Below are positions 14,301 through 29,400 of a DNA stretch of 64,000 nt, piece after piece (within the stretch, counting starts at the first letter, position 1; the number at the start of each line of letters is the position of its first letter). Origin of the DNA: Tubulanus polymorphus (lineage: Eukaryota > Animalia > Nemertea); assembly GCF_964204645.1 (NCBI RefSeq), contig NC_134026.1, positions 4,673,950 through 4,737,949 of the forward strand, written 5' to 3'. Below the pieces are notes generated by a model, which was not told the origin of the DNA, ran no database searches, and worked only from the letters and a program-made list of their open reading frames with translations. The position numbers and the translations under genes are program-made.

Positions 14301-16891
14301 GAACGCGGCAAGTTGTTTGTCCTGAAAACTGTTTGATTAATTAACAACCCAATATCGATTCTATCCCGAACAGTCCCTAACGAGTTGGCATGTTTGTCAT
14401 TTTGATTAGTAGAACTTAAAAAACTCTGTCTTATTGGTCGTATTTTTGCACCAGATATCATATATTTTTTCTACATATGATTTTATGAATATATCTATAA
14501 TATGCAAGATTTGAAAACAGCTGTTTTTGCTAGAACAATATTGCAGTGATTTGATTAGTATTGATTCCACCCTGTAACAAAATATCCTTTTCCAATACAA
14601 CATTGCCAGTAATGAGCGTATACAAAACATGATTAAACAAATATGGCTATACAAATATATTACGTTGATTAAATCTTGATAATTCTTTTGCGGCCGACAG
14701 TATTCTTTGTAAATCTTCTGATATCAATCGAAATGTTGCATCGCATCTGACACAGTCGGCGGTGGTCATACGAAAGCCACATTTTGTTTTCAGTGGTTGT
14801 CAAGATATCACACTTGAAATGAATAATATTTGTATACATATGCTCGTGCACTAGCAATAGCCATGCCTTCTCAAATTCTACACCTGTTGACACTATATTT
14901 TTTATTCTTTTTCGTCAACGGACGTCACAAACAAGCTGAAATGGGCATCATTTTTGCCTAGCAAGATGCGAGCATTCAGGCGGGGTTCGTCGTCTTTTTA
15001 AAACTTCTTGACTCCGGATGTTTATTTGACATTTTCTCGAAACTGTGAAATACGTGTATACACCCCGCATTGGTACACGACGACATGACAACTAGAATTT
15101 ATTTTGATTCCGATGAATATCGAATCTAATCTCGAATCTGTACTCGGGCTACTTATATCCTAGCATTGAGATTGTAGTCCCGTTCGATTAGAGAAAATGT
15201 CAAATTTCCATCCAGCACTGTTGTGTTGCTTGTAGATTTTAAATGCGTTATCTATATATTACGATCCACCGATAGATATTTATCATGAATATTAACAAGT
15301 TCTTTATTCATACAGTTTTTGCACTGTTAACATTTATATTTCTTTCAATATGAAAATTCTTTTAAAATTCCATTGGCTTATATGTTATATTCCATTTTAC
15401 AAAGCATTCATTTCATTTGAGTAAATAGTAACAGCACCGTGTAACATTCACTATTAAGTCCTGTATTCTTATTAGTTCTGTGGCTAATGTTGATGAATTT
15501 CTGTGTAGACACAATAGACCAGAATTTTGGGGAACAATATTAAGTCCTCGAGCTAATAGTTGACTCCATATGAACTTAACTGTTGCTGATGGAAAATAAC
15601 GTAGGGCGTAAGGATCGTTATAGACCCTGGTAGATAGACGTCAATGAAGTCAGGTCCTCGTAATATCATTTGTGCGTAGGATACTCAATACGCAAAATAG
15701 AATGATAGAACTTTACACGTTGAAACACGAAGATAGTATCAGTCAATATCGTAACATGTTAGATATGATAATCTCAATCAGTTTGAGAATATCTGGCTTC
15801 AGGAATTCAGGTAAAACAGACTATTCATTAATCAGCTACCGAAACATCGTCGAGAGTATATGTCTGAAAAACATTCTCACGGAGAAAAAGTCTCGAAATC
15901 TATTCTAACAAATGAACAATTATTACGCAAGTTTCTGAATGTTTCATTCGTTTTCCTAAATTTTGATTTATTTTTATACATCTATCATCTATCATCTTTA
16001 ACCTTGGAAAATAATCCAGATTCAAAAATCCACACAACGACACATCATTCCCTGGATTTCCAAGCTTATTCAGCAGAGGCTTTTAATGTGTATACGTACC
16101 CGAATTCCCCTAGTGTCAAAGTACGGAAAATGGTCAATTGTCTCTCTGTCGATTGCAATCATACTCGATGTCCACGTATCTAAAAGCACAGCCAGTATGA
16201 AGTGGAAATGGCTGACGTTTAATTATCAGTTCTGTCCTGTACGTTTTCAGGTAAAGGCAAAGCTTCAGGTACCGGCAACAGTGGCGGTGGTAGCGGTGAC
16301 TCGAAACAAGACAGCATACCACTCCGATCACGAGTGTCCGAGCCTGCTGCGAAGAAAAAGTCCATACTAAAGAAAGATGCAATGAGCAATGAAGAAACGG
16401 AGACTTTGTTGAAACGATACCATCTACGCGATGACCTACACGAAAATGGCGAAGATACCCAATCGAGTGATAACGCCCCATCAGTGGACACTGTTCAGAA
16501 TATACCTATGCCAAATACGAATAGCCCAACGATAAAAACGAAATCAAGTGATTATAGCGATCGGGCACTATCGGACTCTAGTACGCTTAGCCCCGATAAT
16601 ATCAAAAACATTAAGGATGTAGACAATCAGAACCAGAATTTCGTGAAAAGTTCGCCATCTAGTCCGACTGACAACGAGGCCAACATGGCATCGGATACGT
16701 CCGACCAATCAGGTACGATGAGCCGAGATAAAGGTAGCATCGACAGCGAAAAGGAACGAAACATCGACACGAACGATCGCGACAAAACGCGGATAGATAA
16801 TATTATGAATGATCTGGATAAACCGACCGACCTGGATAAGTCTACTACAGCCACCGACGATAACAAAATCGATGTTATTGGCCGACCGTAA
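1554..16891 (+). CDS. Shab: Voltage-gated potassium channel Kv2/Shab (KCNB family), 4 coding exons, ~1050 aa
   Basis: Exons 1554-2381, 10142-11224, 12030-12630, 16251-16891, all GT-AG with matching phases (0,0,1). T1 domain (RVVINVGG...EYFFDRHP...LESCC), S4 [21 protein letters not shown], pore [10 protein letters not shown]6 PIPIIV and tail [33 protein letters not shown] are Kv2-type. A 5' UTR acceptor precedes 1464, with an in-frame stop before ATG 1554. Confidence 0.95.
7894..8118. mobile_element. Degenerate fold-back/MITE relic in Kv2 intron
   Basis: gtgaacgtcgttatcggagttagtcgact (7894-7922) is an imperfect inverted repeat of agtcgactaactacgaaaaccgaagttcgc (8089-8118); internal CAAGATGGCGGC YY1-type motif. 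Confidence 0.45.
10142..11224 (+). CDS. Shab: Kv2 exon: S1-S6, pore and proximal C-terminus
   Basis: Acceptor tttactttcag|GTG; GYG selectivity filter; donor CAG|GTGGGT. Confidence 0.95.
12030..12630 (+). CDS. Shab: Kv2 exon: C-terminal tail with PRC-like motif
   Basis: Acceptor tatttttag|GAT in frame with ORF 12078; contains [15 protein letters not shown]; donor G|GTAAGT. Confidence 0.85.
16251..16891 (+). CDS. Shab: Kv2 terminal coding exon (low-complexity distal C-terminus)
   Basis: Acceptor acgttttcag|GT; phase 1 joins the 12630 donor into the frame of ORF 16334-16891; stop TAA. Confidence 0.75.
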
Positions 16892-17172
16892 ATACTGCTA
16901 TAGCGGAAAGGTTAGTACGAATTAACACATTATACGCAGTTAACGAATCGTCGTCAAATATTCCCAAGTCAGTGTTTATAGAAATGGATGATGGAATGCC
17001 TTAAAAAAGTATACACGCAATTACCATCACTGTTAATGTACACGTTTTTTTTTCATTTAAGTAAAATACACTCCTTTATCGTTAGATTCAATATTTCTTC
17101 TCATGCTCTGAAACCCACGATTACCAAATTCTTGATTTACGTTTGCGCGTGCCTTGTGTCGTATCAGCTATA

Positions 17173-17341
17173 CAGTTAGACTCCGCCCGAGCCGGAACCG
17201 ATCAACTCGGATAACCGTTCAACTCGGATGTTTGTTGAAATATTTTCTGGGACACTCTTCAAGAAAGATATAATGTACAATATCCAACTCGGATATCACT
17301 CAAGTCGGTCCCGATAGATCCGACTTGAGCGGAGTCTACTG
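17173..17341. mobile_element. Tc1/mariner-pogo(Tigger)-type MITE
   Basis: TIRs CAGT(T)AGACTCCGCCCGAGCCGGA ... TCCGACTTGAGCGGAGTCTACTG flanked by TA; internal repeated AACTCGGAT motifs. Confidence 0.8.
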
Positions 17342-20300
17342 TATATCACCTATAGCCTGAGTCCAACCACGAGGTTAACGTGATTAATAACTGATCAAAT
17401 CATTGACCAAAGTGCTTACCATTACCGCCCACAACGTTCTATATTAATACACGAAATCACTTCTCTTTCGGTCCCCGAAGTCTGCGATTAATTAGATATT
17501 TATGTTTACGGACGAAACAACGAGCAATTTCGAATTGAACTTCGGGGAAATTATCGTCTTTCCCGTGGTTTATCGATGCTTTCAGCTTGTCAAATTAGCG
17601 GCCACGTTCGCTGATGGATCGATGAGGTTTGCCAACGCAATTATGCCTGAAGAAAGTCCTCTCAAATTATCTTTGAAATCTCAGTTGCGTAACTAACCGG
17701 TCTCGAATTTGCTCGATGTATTATCGACGATATTAGACTCGTGTATGAAATCGTATCCCCACAGTTTATGAAACTGAAATGCACTTGTAAACTGAAATCT
17801 ACTGTTTCTTACCGTATTCAAATATAATTTATCTATCATTCTGAAATACGGTATCTCAAACACTACTTCTTTGAGTAAGAAAAAGAGGTGAACTAATCGA
17901 GAATGAACTAATCTAACTCATACTTTCCCAGATTTGTTAGATCGTCGGGCCGATCCATCAGAAATCCAGAAAGGAATACCCTCAAAAACCCGAGTACGTT
18001 GGCGTCGCGTGATGTTGCTGAACCGCCGGTTCGATCGTCTGCCCAAAAATGTGCCAAAATCTTTTGAAAACATAAGTGAGAAATAAGTTTAAATTCATTT
18101 CGCTTGATAAGAGGCGGTATTCGCGTCGCCTGGTTATATATATACATTAATGTACTTCACGACGCGCAAGGAAAATTCGTAATGGCATTCAATTTATCAC
18201 GTCTAGAAATGTTTGTCTTGAAAATCACTAAAATCGAATACATCATTCGTCGTTATACACGAGACAAGCGCGTAATCTTCGAACGTTTAACAAAAATCAA
18301 TTCGAGTCGCTCTATCTCGCAATCGCTACGGGATGAAATTTATTGGAAACGAGCTACGTCGGATTATTGAACGACTCGGGAAAATGTAACTCCGTTTATT
18401 TCACACAAAATCAGCCGTACAAACAAAACCATGAAATTCGTGTGATTTGTTTAACCGAGGAGCCTTTTTATAGTAGCCACGCATGAACCAATCAATAAAT
18501 AGTTGATCGCCTTAGCATTTTTGCCAGATTTTGAACTACTTACAACAGACAGGACCCCATCAAGGCCTAGCCACTGGTAGAATTCGGCAACGTTTACTCA
18601 AAATTGACTCTGATTCGAGCCCAGTTGGGCCCTGTTCGGAATTTCCTTTGAACACGGTATAACCACGTCATGTCATATGAATATTCATATGAAAAAATCG
18701 GAGAAATGAAAATGTAGGCTACGTTTTGCGTTAATTGTGATGTGTTATCCCAATACTAAAAGCCCTCAAACCACTCAAAAATAGATTGGAGAACGGCTGC
18801 TAATTTGATTATTTACTTCCATATTTTATATATGACGATGTATAAAAATGATGCCCAAACTATTTTCTAATTTCATTATGTCATGATATACAGAGGCCAA
18901 ACATCTTAACTGCAAGAACTGGTGAATTATGCGGGACTCTCGTTACATAAATCAGTTTAGATGATGGGCTCTTGTTCATTAACGAGTGAAATTCTGAGCG
19001 CTTTTCGTCCAAATCACTGACGCTATCAGCTGCCAATCGATTCATAGGGTATAACTAGAACACGCAAAAAGTCTTCGATAGCATCGGGCCACCGTGTTTA
19101 GAATCGATACCGGGTGATTTCAATAGAAAAAAAATCGTCGCTCCCATATAAAACTTGATTTACACGAGTAATCGATAAGTCATTACGTGAGTGTTCTTCG
19201 TCACTGTCACTTATTTCTCGTACCAACTAAAACCTAATACGCCTACACAAAAATTTCGTTCCGAGCATCGACGAATCCCTCCGACGATTCTCCTCCGTCT
19301 TAGTGGAGACTGGCATCATAGATTCTTTAGCAAAATGAAATGACATAATGACGGATTTAAAGTCGGATTTATATAGTTACATTCATAAAATCTTTATCTT
19401 GAATTGAGATTGATTTTGATCACGCCGCGTTGTTGATTCACCTCAAATGAAACATCCAATGGGACCAGAAAAAAAACGCGGAAACGTGTATCATCTCAAC
19501 GCCGAGAAAATTATATTAACTCGACTAAACAGCAGAGCGCGTATGGGTTGGTTGTGTGCTTATACTATTTGCGGCGATGGGTCATCAATGCTAATAGCCT
19601 TCGAGCCATCAATTTTGCTAACAGTCGGAAGCACTACACGCGAATTCGATCAAGGGAACAAGAAAAATCCGCCTTTTTTGATTCGAGCACAAAACACGAT
19701 TATACGTTGCTTATGTATATATACATATACGTATATATGAATTACTTTGACAGCTCCGTGGATTATATCATTGTTTGATATATTTCTATTGCCTCCTGCA
19801 TAAAGGTGACTGTTAACCGCTGATTAAACAGATCTTTTGCTCGTGTTTAGTTTTGGATCCGTATATTAGCCAGCATCTACATGTCTTGTCGACTAGCCAA
19901 TATTCTAGTTTCCAAATATCTCTCATGGCACGTCATGTCAGGATGTAAAACGATGATAAATGACTCCCTAATGACAGAAGCAAGAATGGAATCCCTTAAC
20001 GACACAAGGCACTGCGTGTATGCCATATACAATATATACGCCAAAAACTGCAGAGGTCGACTGGCGTTGTGACAACTTTCAAAAACAATTTTAAGAACGG
20101 ATGCACTTGCAATGGTAATCCGGTAACATAAAAACTCCGATTTTACATGTAGGTAGAAAATGATAATCTGTTATTTCAGAAACAGCAAATCTGTACTTTA
20201 ATCGATGAGGGTGTCATTGATTTTCTAGTCTGATCGACAACAAAATACCGCCATTACCGTCGCCGTTATTTTCATTTACATGCAAGCGTAGTTATATACC

Positions 20301-20471
20301 TCATTTCATTCAGCTTTTGATACGTAACATCTGCCGGGACACAAATCTAAAACCGGAGTCTATATTCATTCAATTTCCCGATGTAACTTGAGCGGAATTA
20401 CGGATAAAGCAACTGTCCAGTTTTACCTGGCGAATGTTTCGTATTATCACGCGATTTCGAAATCAATATAC

Positions 20472-20485
20472 GTTTCCATAGCAAC
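20472..20485. promoter_or_regulatory. Consensus RFX X-box
   Basis: GTTTCC-AT-AGCAAC matches the X-box consensus, but it is far from any evident TSS. Confidence 0.3.
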
Positions 20486-23400
20486 TTTCTTTCACGGATG
20501 CAACGCATCCTTCTCGGTAAAAATGAATATCAGGCAGAAATGAAATCATGCGTGCAAACTGATGATTATTTTAGTTGAACCGAGCGCCGTTGGTAATAGC
20601 CTTTCTTGGAAAAGCCGTTAAAAAATAACCTACCTGGAACAGAAACAACACGATGGCTTCTAACAACGCAAATGTCCCCATTTTTAGCCACGATTCCTAT
20701 TGTCAACATCATGTCCAATTTATCTTTCTAAGAAGCGAATGATCCACTGACGTCATTAGCGATGCTTGAAATAGCCGACTAGTTCTTAATGCGAAATGTC
20801 ACTGTAAATACAAACCTTTTATACGGTGTATGATGATAAGATGTACATAATTTTGTCATTTCAGAAATACAGCCATCCAGGTACATCGAAGTATAGTCGC
20901 AGCGGGCCTTTCCAAGAACACGCTGCATCGTTATCATTATAACGAAATCTTTGTTCGGTGATTGTAGATACTAACGTTTATTATAATTAATGTGTACAAA
21001 TTTATGCTCAAGACGTTTATAAATATCCATTTGTTGATTTTACAAATTTTTAAACGGTTTTCTTACTACATTCTCTAGTACGTTTTTCTGTGTTCTGTGT
21101 CAAAGTTGGACTGGTGCTTTTTGTGAACATGTTTGCTGCAGTTTGTTGAGTTGAGTTGCTTCATCTCATTTATTAAGCCTATATTTATAGTTTTTTTTTT
21201 CTACACGAGTAACCGTGGGTCGTATAATAGAGATGACTGTTTTCGATGATGGATCCGCGGGTGTTGACAACAAATCAAGTACGGACAAATAACGAAGTTG
21301 GACGCAAAATGATGTCCACGATAAAATCAGATCCGTCATTGAATTATTTTCAATAATCGATCAAAGATCAACTTTGGCTTTATACGTTAGAAATCTGGCA
21401 AGCTTCATTTGACGTCACAGAGCGCATTTTGACTGTCGTTTTGAAGACCGATGTGTCCAAAACCCATGTAGACAATACGCGTGATGTCGGTGGTCGAAGC
21501 CTCTACCAACTTTTTGATATGTTCTATCGTTTCTATATTCCGTGTCTCGTTGCCATCTCAATGAAAATGAACTAAACTTCGACGGATCCGTCATCAATTT
21601 ATCATCAACATATTTTCGGTTTCCCTTTACCGAGGGACCATATATGAACATCGTTTTTATTGAATTCCATCGAATAAGAATGGAGCATTATATCGACATC
21701 TCTATTAAGATTAATTTTGAAAGTACGCAGAGATATTTGTCAGTGAAATGTGTCAATGGCCTGCTGTATTTTTTTAATGTATTTTTGCCTATGCGGACAT
21801 AAAACATTTGAAGATCAACGGAATTTGTATCAATCGATTTGTTTACCAAAACTTGTTACTTGTTTTAAAAACTATATCCTCATTATAATCCCTATAGATT
21901 TACACACAAATTCAATTTCAAATAAGATAATCCTGAACCGATTTAGTCATGTAATCATTTTACCACCACGTATTTCGCTAAGCCCTGGATAGGCGAGGCA
22001 AGCATCCCTCTTAAAGATCACAGCCATTGACATCTTTCAGCGAAGGACAAATTTTGTTAGCTAATTAAGTATCATTTTTGTTTATTGTGGTTAGATTGAA
22101 CTGAAGCGTTTGTTTCATGTGTACACATAATATTCAATTCGTTTCTGAGGTATTTTCAATAAATAGTGTGTGATTGACTAAAACGATCAAATGCATAAAT
22201 AATATATTATCTCATAACCGCATGTCCGGCGAGTGCCATATTGCGTTCGAACATTTTGATGTGTGAAATAGGCAGGTTTTTGCCGTTCGTTTGGTGTTCG
22301 TTGAAGGGATTATGAATATAGCCATATGCAAGTTACTGGTGAAAATACTACGTTGAGATACAAAACTTCTCGAAAAACTCTCTACTTCCATCAGACATTC
22401 TTAACCAGCCTATTTTTCGCATACACGGTCTCGGCGGTTTTCTACACATTTCACACGTATGTGAGCGAATGAAACAATGTTACGGTTTCATTAACGAACA
22501 TTTGTTTCCCAAGACGGCCCAATAGCCTCGACTGGCCGTAAAACAACCGCGTAATTGGAATCGTATGCATTACATAATATGAAATAGGGATTTGATGCAA
22601 TGATTATTCTACGGTTTATCAATACCAACACGATCTCGTCTTTGGTGTATATCGTCGTTATGTCATAGAAGCACTGCTGATGCGCTCGAGTGACGGTCGT
22701 AAGCCGTGCACCTTGTTCAACTGAAGCCCGACGCACAAGATGCGGGGAAACCCGGAAACCGAGTGTTCCCTGTTTCGTGTTCGTTTACGAGAAACGGGAA
22801 ACGTGGTTTCGGGAAATAATATGTTTCCGGGATCAAACATGTTTGATTCGATGTCTATGTGTTGCCGTGTTTTCCTGCGTCGCCGTGCGTTGGGCTTTAG
22901 ACCCTTCACTGGCATACAGCATTACATGCCCCTGGTGTGAGTTTTCTTCCAAGCACCAGTGCCATATCAGATTATATAAAACTTAAATCATGATCCTTTT
23001 GTGATTTATCGTCATACATATCTTCGTACGTCGTCGGTTTTAGCACTTACCTGATACATATTCGAAGGAGTCCTTGTCTCATACGTTCTAATACGCATCG
23101 TTGAAATTTTAGCAAAATATGAATTGAGCCGAATGTATATATATAATCTGCATTCATAAAGTGTTGAACTAATTGAATGAAATTTATTCATCTCTGTTTG
23201 TATTCCGTGTGCTGGTTACTACATCAAAGGGTTCTGTAAATAAGCAAATGTGTTTTAGAATGATTACACGTTTTCTTATTGAATTTTTACTCAGACAACA
23301 GTATATGTAGCTTTGTACATAGTTTTAGGTGAATAGCGTGGATTTGCCTGCGTTGAATGATAATTGTACAAAAGGCAAAATAACGAATCCAAAATGCACC

Positions 23401-23947
23401 TTACTCTTGACAAGACATCAATAATGTACGTGTATACTACGTTCTATTTCGGGTTAAGGACATTTCAGATCTAGTAATTCATATTTTCATGAAACGCTCA
23501 TAAGGCAACTTGAGAACGGCTCGGGAACTAACTCAACCGCTCCGAGTAAACGGTTTCTCCAGTTGAATCCGTTGGAAGTAATCAATTTCTACTCTAGATT
23601 AAAATCTAACCCCGAAGAGTGAAACTGGACGCCATGTAAGGTCTTACATGTTTATATTGAGTCATAATACAGATTCTATAATCTTTCCTCGTTCCCCCTT
23701 CCTTCAAACGATAGGTAATACATACATAAATATGTATAGAAATATTTATATAGTAACATATAACCTAACCGTGTTTTCTACATAGTATTCCACATAGTTT
23801 ACCTTTATCGTGTGATAATATTCATATTCACACCGGTACCCGATATTTTTGCTTCTTTCCGAAGACGTGATCGAATAATGTACTTTTCGAAGAAATACCC
23901 GATGAAATATGTTTTCAAATACACAAAACTGACTTCTTGTAGCTTAA

Positions 23948-24051
<104 letters not shown>

Positions 24052-26478
24052 AAATATACGTATATATTTTCGATCTTTAATTTGGATCATAGAAATATTC
24101 TATCAAAAACACGAAATCAAGCTAGACCAACAGGGTCTATTGTATACGATAACTGTGTAAGAGATTTTTGATAAAAAATGATGTTATGCAAAGGAATAAT
24201 TCAGAGTTATATAGAAGAAATACCGACTTTATATTCCGATAATTTTTTTTCATGAAACGACGATTGTGTGTTTGCGGGTCAGACTCGAACGATGGAACTT
24301 CCGGATACGTGACTAAAACATACGACACGTCATTTCGAAATGCGTATATTACTCTGCAGTTCATTCTCAAAAACTAAACGACTCGTACCGGTACACGTAT
24401 ATGTAACAAGTCGATAGGCGTTTCTTACAAAAGAAAAACACCCATGTGATTCCTAATTGATAATATTGTACAGTATATTTACTTGTTACTAAGTAACCGT
24501 ATTTTAGAACGTTGCATAAGTACCGACGGTAGATTTTACATTATCTCTCAAAAACTGTTAACGATTTTCAAAATTCGATATACTACTGGCCCAGTCTGAC
24601 AACCACATACGCCAGAGATAGTGTAGACCAGCCACGGATTTCTGACAGGAAGCTGACATGTATAAAACTGTTATCACGAATGCTCACTATCGCTTGCAGA
24701 AATATTGCAAAAATATTGGACTCCCACGCGACCGGGCGACGATAACACGTTGTAAATTGAAAATAACGAATGTATTATTTTCGATTTTATATTGAAATTA
24801 TATTCCAATCAAAATGCATCAACACTCATGGCATAAAGAATGGTTGCCACTATAAACAGTCGCGTAATACATATTCAAGATAAAATTACTAAGATTGATA
24901 GAAGCGTTTTATTGAAACAGTTTTACGCGGGAAACGATGATTTCCCTGTCAAAATTGTTTATCATAATAAAGAGATATAATTGATAAGTAATACAGAAAA
25001 TATATACGGCTTATTTGAATTAAGAATGATATTGTAACACGATAGAGTGTATACTGGAAACGTTAACTCTTCACAATGAGTATTATATCATGTAAATTAT
25101 ACGACCCAAAAAATTGTGTTATTTTCACCTAATCATCTCAGGTATACATTTTGCTTGGCAGATTGTAGTGACGAGTAGTTCATATTCAATTCGTGTTGTA
25201 TGTTCCATTTCTCAAAGTAAAGAAATAAAATACGACATAAACAATCGAAACTCGGCGCGTTGCTTTGCTTGTTTTCAATGTAAATCGAGGTTGAATTTTA
25301 CAAACTGGGACGAAGAACTTTATACCACTTCGAGACAAAAATGTTCTTGTGGGTTAAGTTGATGTACTTGACTATCAGAACCCCTACCAACCCCTAAAAA
25401 GCAGTTTTTTTCCATTATTAGAGGCTAACATGAAAGACCCATTCCCCGAACACTTCAATACAAGAGATAAAATTGATGGCTCTATGGCTAATCTAACAAA
25501 AGCATTTAAGTTTGATGATTAGAGACACTGTTTTAACTCAAGCTATAGCTATGGAGGCTGTGAATCAGTTCATTAATTATTGGCCCCATGGCAAAATAGG
25601 CTTATACTATGAAGATAATGATAATAATATTGATAATAGCAGTAATAATGATTTAACACAAGCGCTTTACCTTTTATTAATCTCCAAGTTCTCAACAAAA
25701 TATAGAAATAGATTAGAAATTTATAAATGAATCAATAAAAAAAGCTTCTCTATATAAAATTTGCCACTTTAAAAGGTGAAAAGGAGTCAATACATGTATT
25801 TCGGATTTTAGTTGACTATTTCAGAGGCAAGGTACCGAGGCAGAGAAACACCGTGAGCCATAGAACTGTGTCCTGTAAATGAAGCAAATTTCCCATGACA
25901 GCTTAGCTAACCTAACAGGGTTATGCTGATTAAGCGATTCCTGTAAGATAGACTGGTGCCTGTTTGGTAGTGAGGCTTTAGATAATGGAGACGTGAGGTC
26001 ACAAATACCTGGATCAATCGCTTCGTAGTTCGGTCTGAAACTAACACATCCTACCACAATACGGTATAATGAAAATGTTCGAGACATGTGTTTCCCGGTG
26101 TCTAGATAGGCCTTCACTCGTAGGTTACTTACTAAGTCGGGTGAAGTTACTATAGTTAATGCGTCTATCACGGGTATTCAGGTTTACTAAGGGAATTCTA
26201 TCAATAAATTCTAATCCTAAGTGAACTATATGAGTTCTGTCTCCATGTGCTAGTTTGCTCTCAACAATCCAGTTCATTTCATGAAGGCGATGACGAAGAC
26301 GAAGTGCGCGGGCATTAGCACGGCAACGAAAAATCTGGGTCCGAAACTCGTGCGGGGTGCAGGGTATCTTGTGCATGGCGACGAAGTAAATCTATAGCAA
26401 CGGTCGCTATGCATCGGTCACTTGGTAATAAAAGTTTCAGTGAAACCTCGTTCGTCGGCGACTAAAGAAACGTACGAA

Positions 26479-29400
26479 ATGGCTACGGCGGCAGAAACCT
26501 CGCCGATTTTGGTGCAAGAAATAATAGCGAAAACAAAATTAATGTTACCGTGAGTATAACAATCAAAAATCAAAAGCACGCAACATTGATATAACAAGAA
26601 TCCCACAATAATGACGAAAAAATTAAGTCCGAGAATGTTTCCTTGAGCTGGTCGAGTTTATTCGACGCTTCGACTATGTACTAAAAATGTACTAAAAGTC
26701 ACCTTTGGGAACACTGTTGTTTTGAAGGGACCTATGTGATATGTACCGTTTCGTCTATGAACGAGGCGAATTAGAATTGTGGTATTCGAGGAGAATGGAA
26801 ACGCTGGCTCGTGATTTCAAAGACAGATTCCAGAAGTCGGGTAGGTTTTCTCGTTGATTTTGCATCGACTCGACTGATGCCAATATTCATCGTTTGTACC
26901 TTGATGATAAAACGAAATATAAAACTTTTGCACATTCAAGCGATGATCTATCCAGAACTGAAACTTCAGTTAGATATGTTTATGGAAGAAGTCATTCTGA
27001 CAGGAGAGCATCACCGCGAGGTGGCGCAGTCTCTTTTCGCGCCCTGGATCCATGAACTGCACAGGTATCATGGATTTGATAGAATATGTTATTAGAAAAA
27101 AAGACGAATAAAATGACTCGTATGTACTAACATTAGACTAATCTATGAATATTAGGAGTATCACAAAAAATGAAATTGACAGCCTTAAAAAGAAAGCTAA
27201 GTCATGCGTGGAAAGTCAACTCGAACGGGAAAAGCAGATATCAAGAGCGAAGAAGGTAATTCATTTTCAACCAATGAAATAAGATATCAATGTCTGAGAC
27301 AATAAAACTGGACAGAAAGAAATATCAATGAAATATTCTACAGGTTTACTACCAACGATGTAAAAAATTGTGCCAGCTCGAGAAATATGGCGACTACAAA
27401 TCTGAGAAATACAAGGCCACGAAAGCAAAAGAAAAAGCCAGAATCTTTTACATGACCACTCTAGAAAATGAACAAAACCATCGACAGACTTTTAAAAAGG
27501 TTTTCTGATTGTTGCCGAATTTCAAAGAGTTGTCCTTTAATGTCTTGAACATCGGGACAAGCGTTATTAAGAGCAAACAAACAAAATGGGAGATAGGTCT
27601 GAATGATGCATGGGCGTCCCCAAGGGCACTATGGCCCAAAAGGGTTCGCAGCCCAGGGGACGCCCATCTGAAAGACTGGTATAATATACCCTCGTTATAT
27701 CAATTCTTGTACAAAAACGAAGAGGTATCCAGCGACGTATCTTCCTATTCTAGGATCTATGCGCCGTCAGTGAAGCATTCGAGCGTTTGGAAGTCAGACG
27801 AATCGATGGAATAATTACTCATTTAGAAAATTATGGAAACCGTATAAAACGACTACTTGATGATAAAAAGCGGTAAATTCAAGTAAACCAAGTAAACTTG
27901 GAGTTAGAATCGATCAATCCATATAATAGAATCCAATTTTCATGATTCATGGCACATGCACATGTATGTTTAGTGTCGCGAGATTGTATTACGTGGAAGA
28001 AGCATTGGATATGTTGCTGAATTTGCTTCCCCGCAAATTGATACACACTTGGGCGTACAAAATCGACGATTCAAACCCACAATACGAATATCCACAATTC
28101 CAGGTAAGTCTACACTGTTGCGGTAGCATTTAGGGTCGCGGGGTTCTAGTTATCCATCGGAACGTCGGGAACGTTCAGTTTAACCCCGATAAGTCAATAC
28201 CTACGTAAAAACATGCGCTCCAAGAAATATCATATTTAACTGGGTAAAAATCTTAAGCCGTTATAAATTCTGTTGATAGTTTACTTTTTCTGATTCTATA
28301 CAAGGGCTTTAGTCTAGCGAACTACAAAAATGATGCTGGCGAAGACACAGATGGTCAAACAAACAGCAATGAGTCAGAAGATAATGAGACATACCATCAA
28401 CAAAATACCAAGTATGAACATGTCACTCCGATTTTATTCGCTCTAATCAGTGAACAGTTTTGTAAATTCTATGGAAAATCACTGATGCACGAATGACATG
28501 TAGAAACAAAAGTGGAAATTACATATGAAAATACCGACCATCAACATATTTTTTAGAATGGGGTATCTGAATATTCATTCAAATATCTGCAAATATAAGT
28601 CTACTGAAAACCACTACATTTTGATATTTTTAGCAAACCACGGAAAATACGCGCTTCATCGAAACCGAAGCAGAATCAGAGGGGAAAAGTGCTCAGGAAA
28701 ATCCAAGAAGTCGTACCGCGAAGTAAGTTGTTAGACGACGAGTCCTAGAATAATTGACTGATTTTGTGCAATGCGCATTAAAGTTTCATTTGTACTCACG
28801 ATACTGTTTTATTACTCATAGGGATGAAATCAGCAGCGTCCCCTGTGAATCGATCTACGACAAACAGAGTTACATTCACTAAACATATCGACGATGACGA
28901 ATACAATGGACAAATTGAGTGCACATACGACGAGGTTCAGTCATTTGATGCCGATACAGGTAGATTCTAATTGCTATCCTTTTAATTAATAAGTCGTTGT
29001 CTTCACTTCGTAAAACAGTTATCGGAGCCAAGACATCGTAATGTATGAGGAATTCGTTAAACGATTATTTAAATAAGATACATATAAAAAATATCATATA
29101 ATATAATGATGATTACTATAACATATTAATACATATAATGATACATATAATAGCACCCGACGAGGAAACGATTATTTTGTTTTCAGATTATTTCATTATG
29201 TGTCATTGTGTAGGTATCGGTATTCACAGAACAGATATAAAAAGAAAAGGTTTACTGCAAAAATACGGACGTGCTAAATGTGATTACAAAGCGAAAAACA
29301 TACTGGAAATATCATTCAAAAAGAGTGAGTAATTTATATGATAAAACAACAATAATATTTCATTGATAAAAAGACTTGACATTTGAATTATCTAACAAAA

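Noticed and set aside
17646-17690. ctgaagaaag...ctttgaaatc hammerhead-like match
   Set aside because: No stem I or palindromic stem III; likely chance
25330-26400. Short ORFs upstream of the PACSIN-like gene (e.g. 25821-26171 minus; ATG 26281 plus)
   Set aside because: No recognisable domain, and I could not join them in phase to the downstream exons
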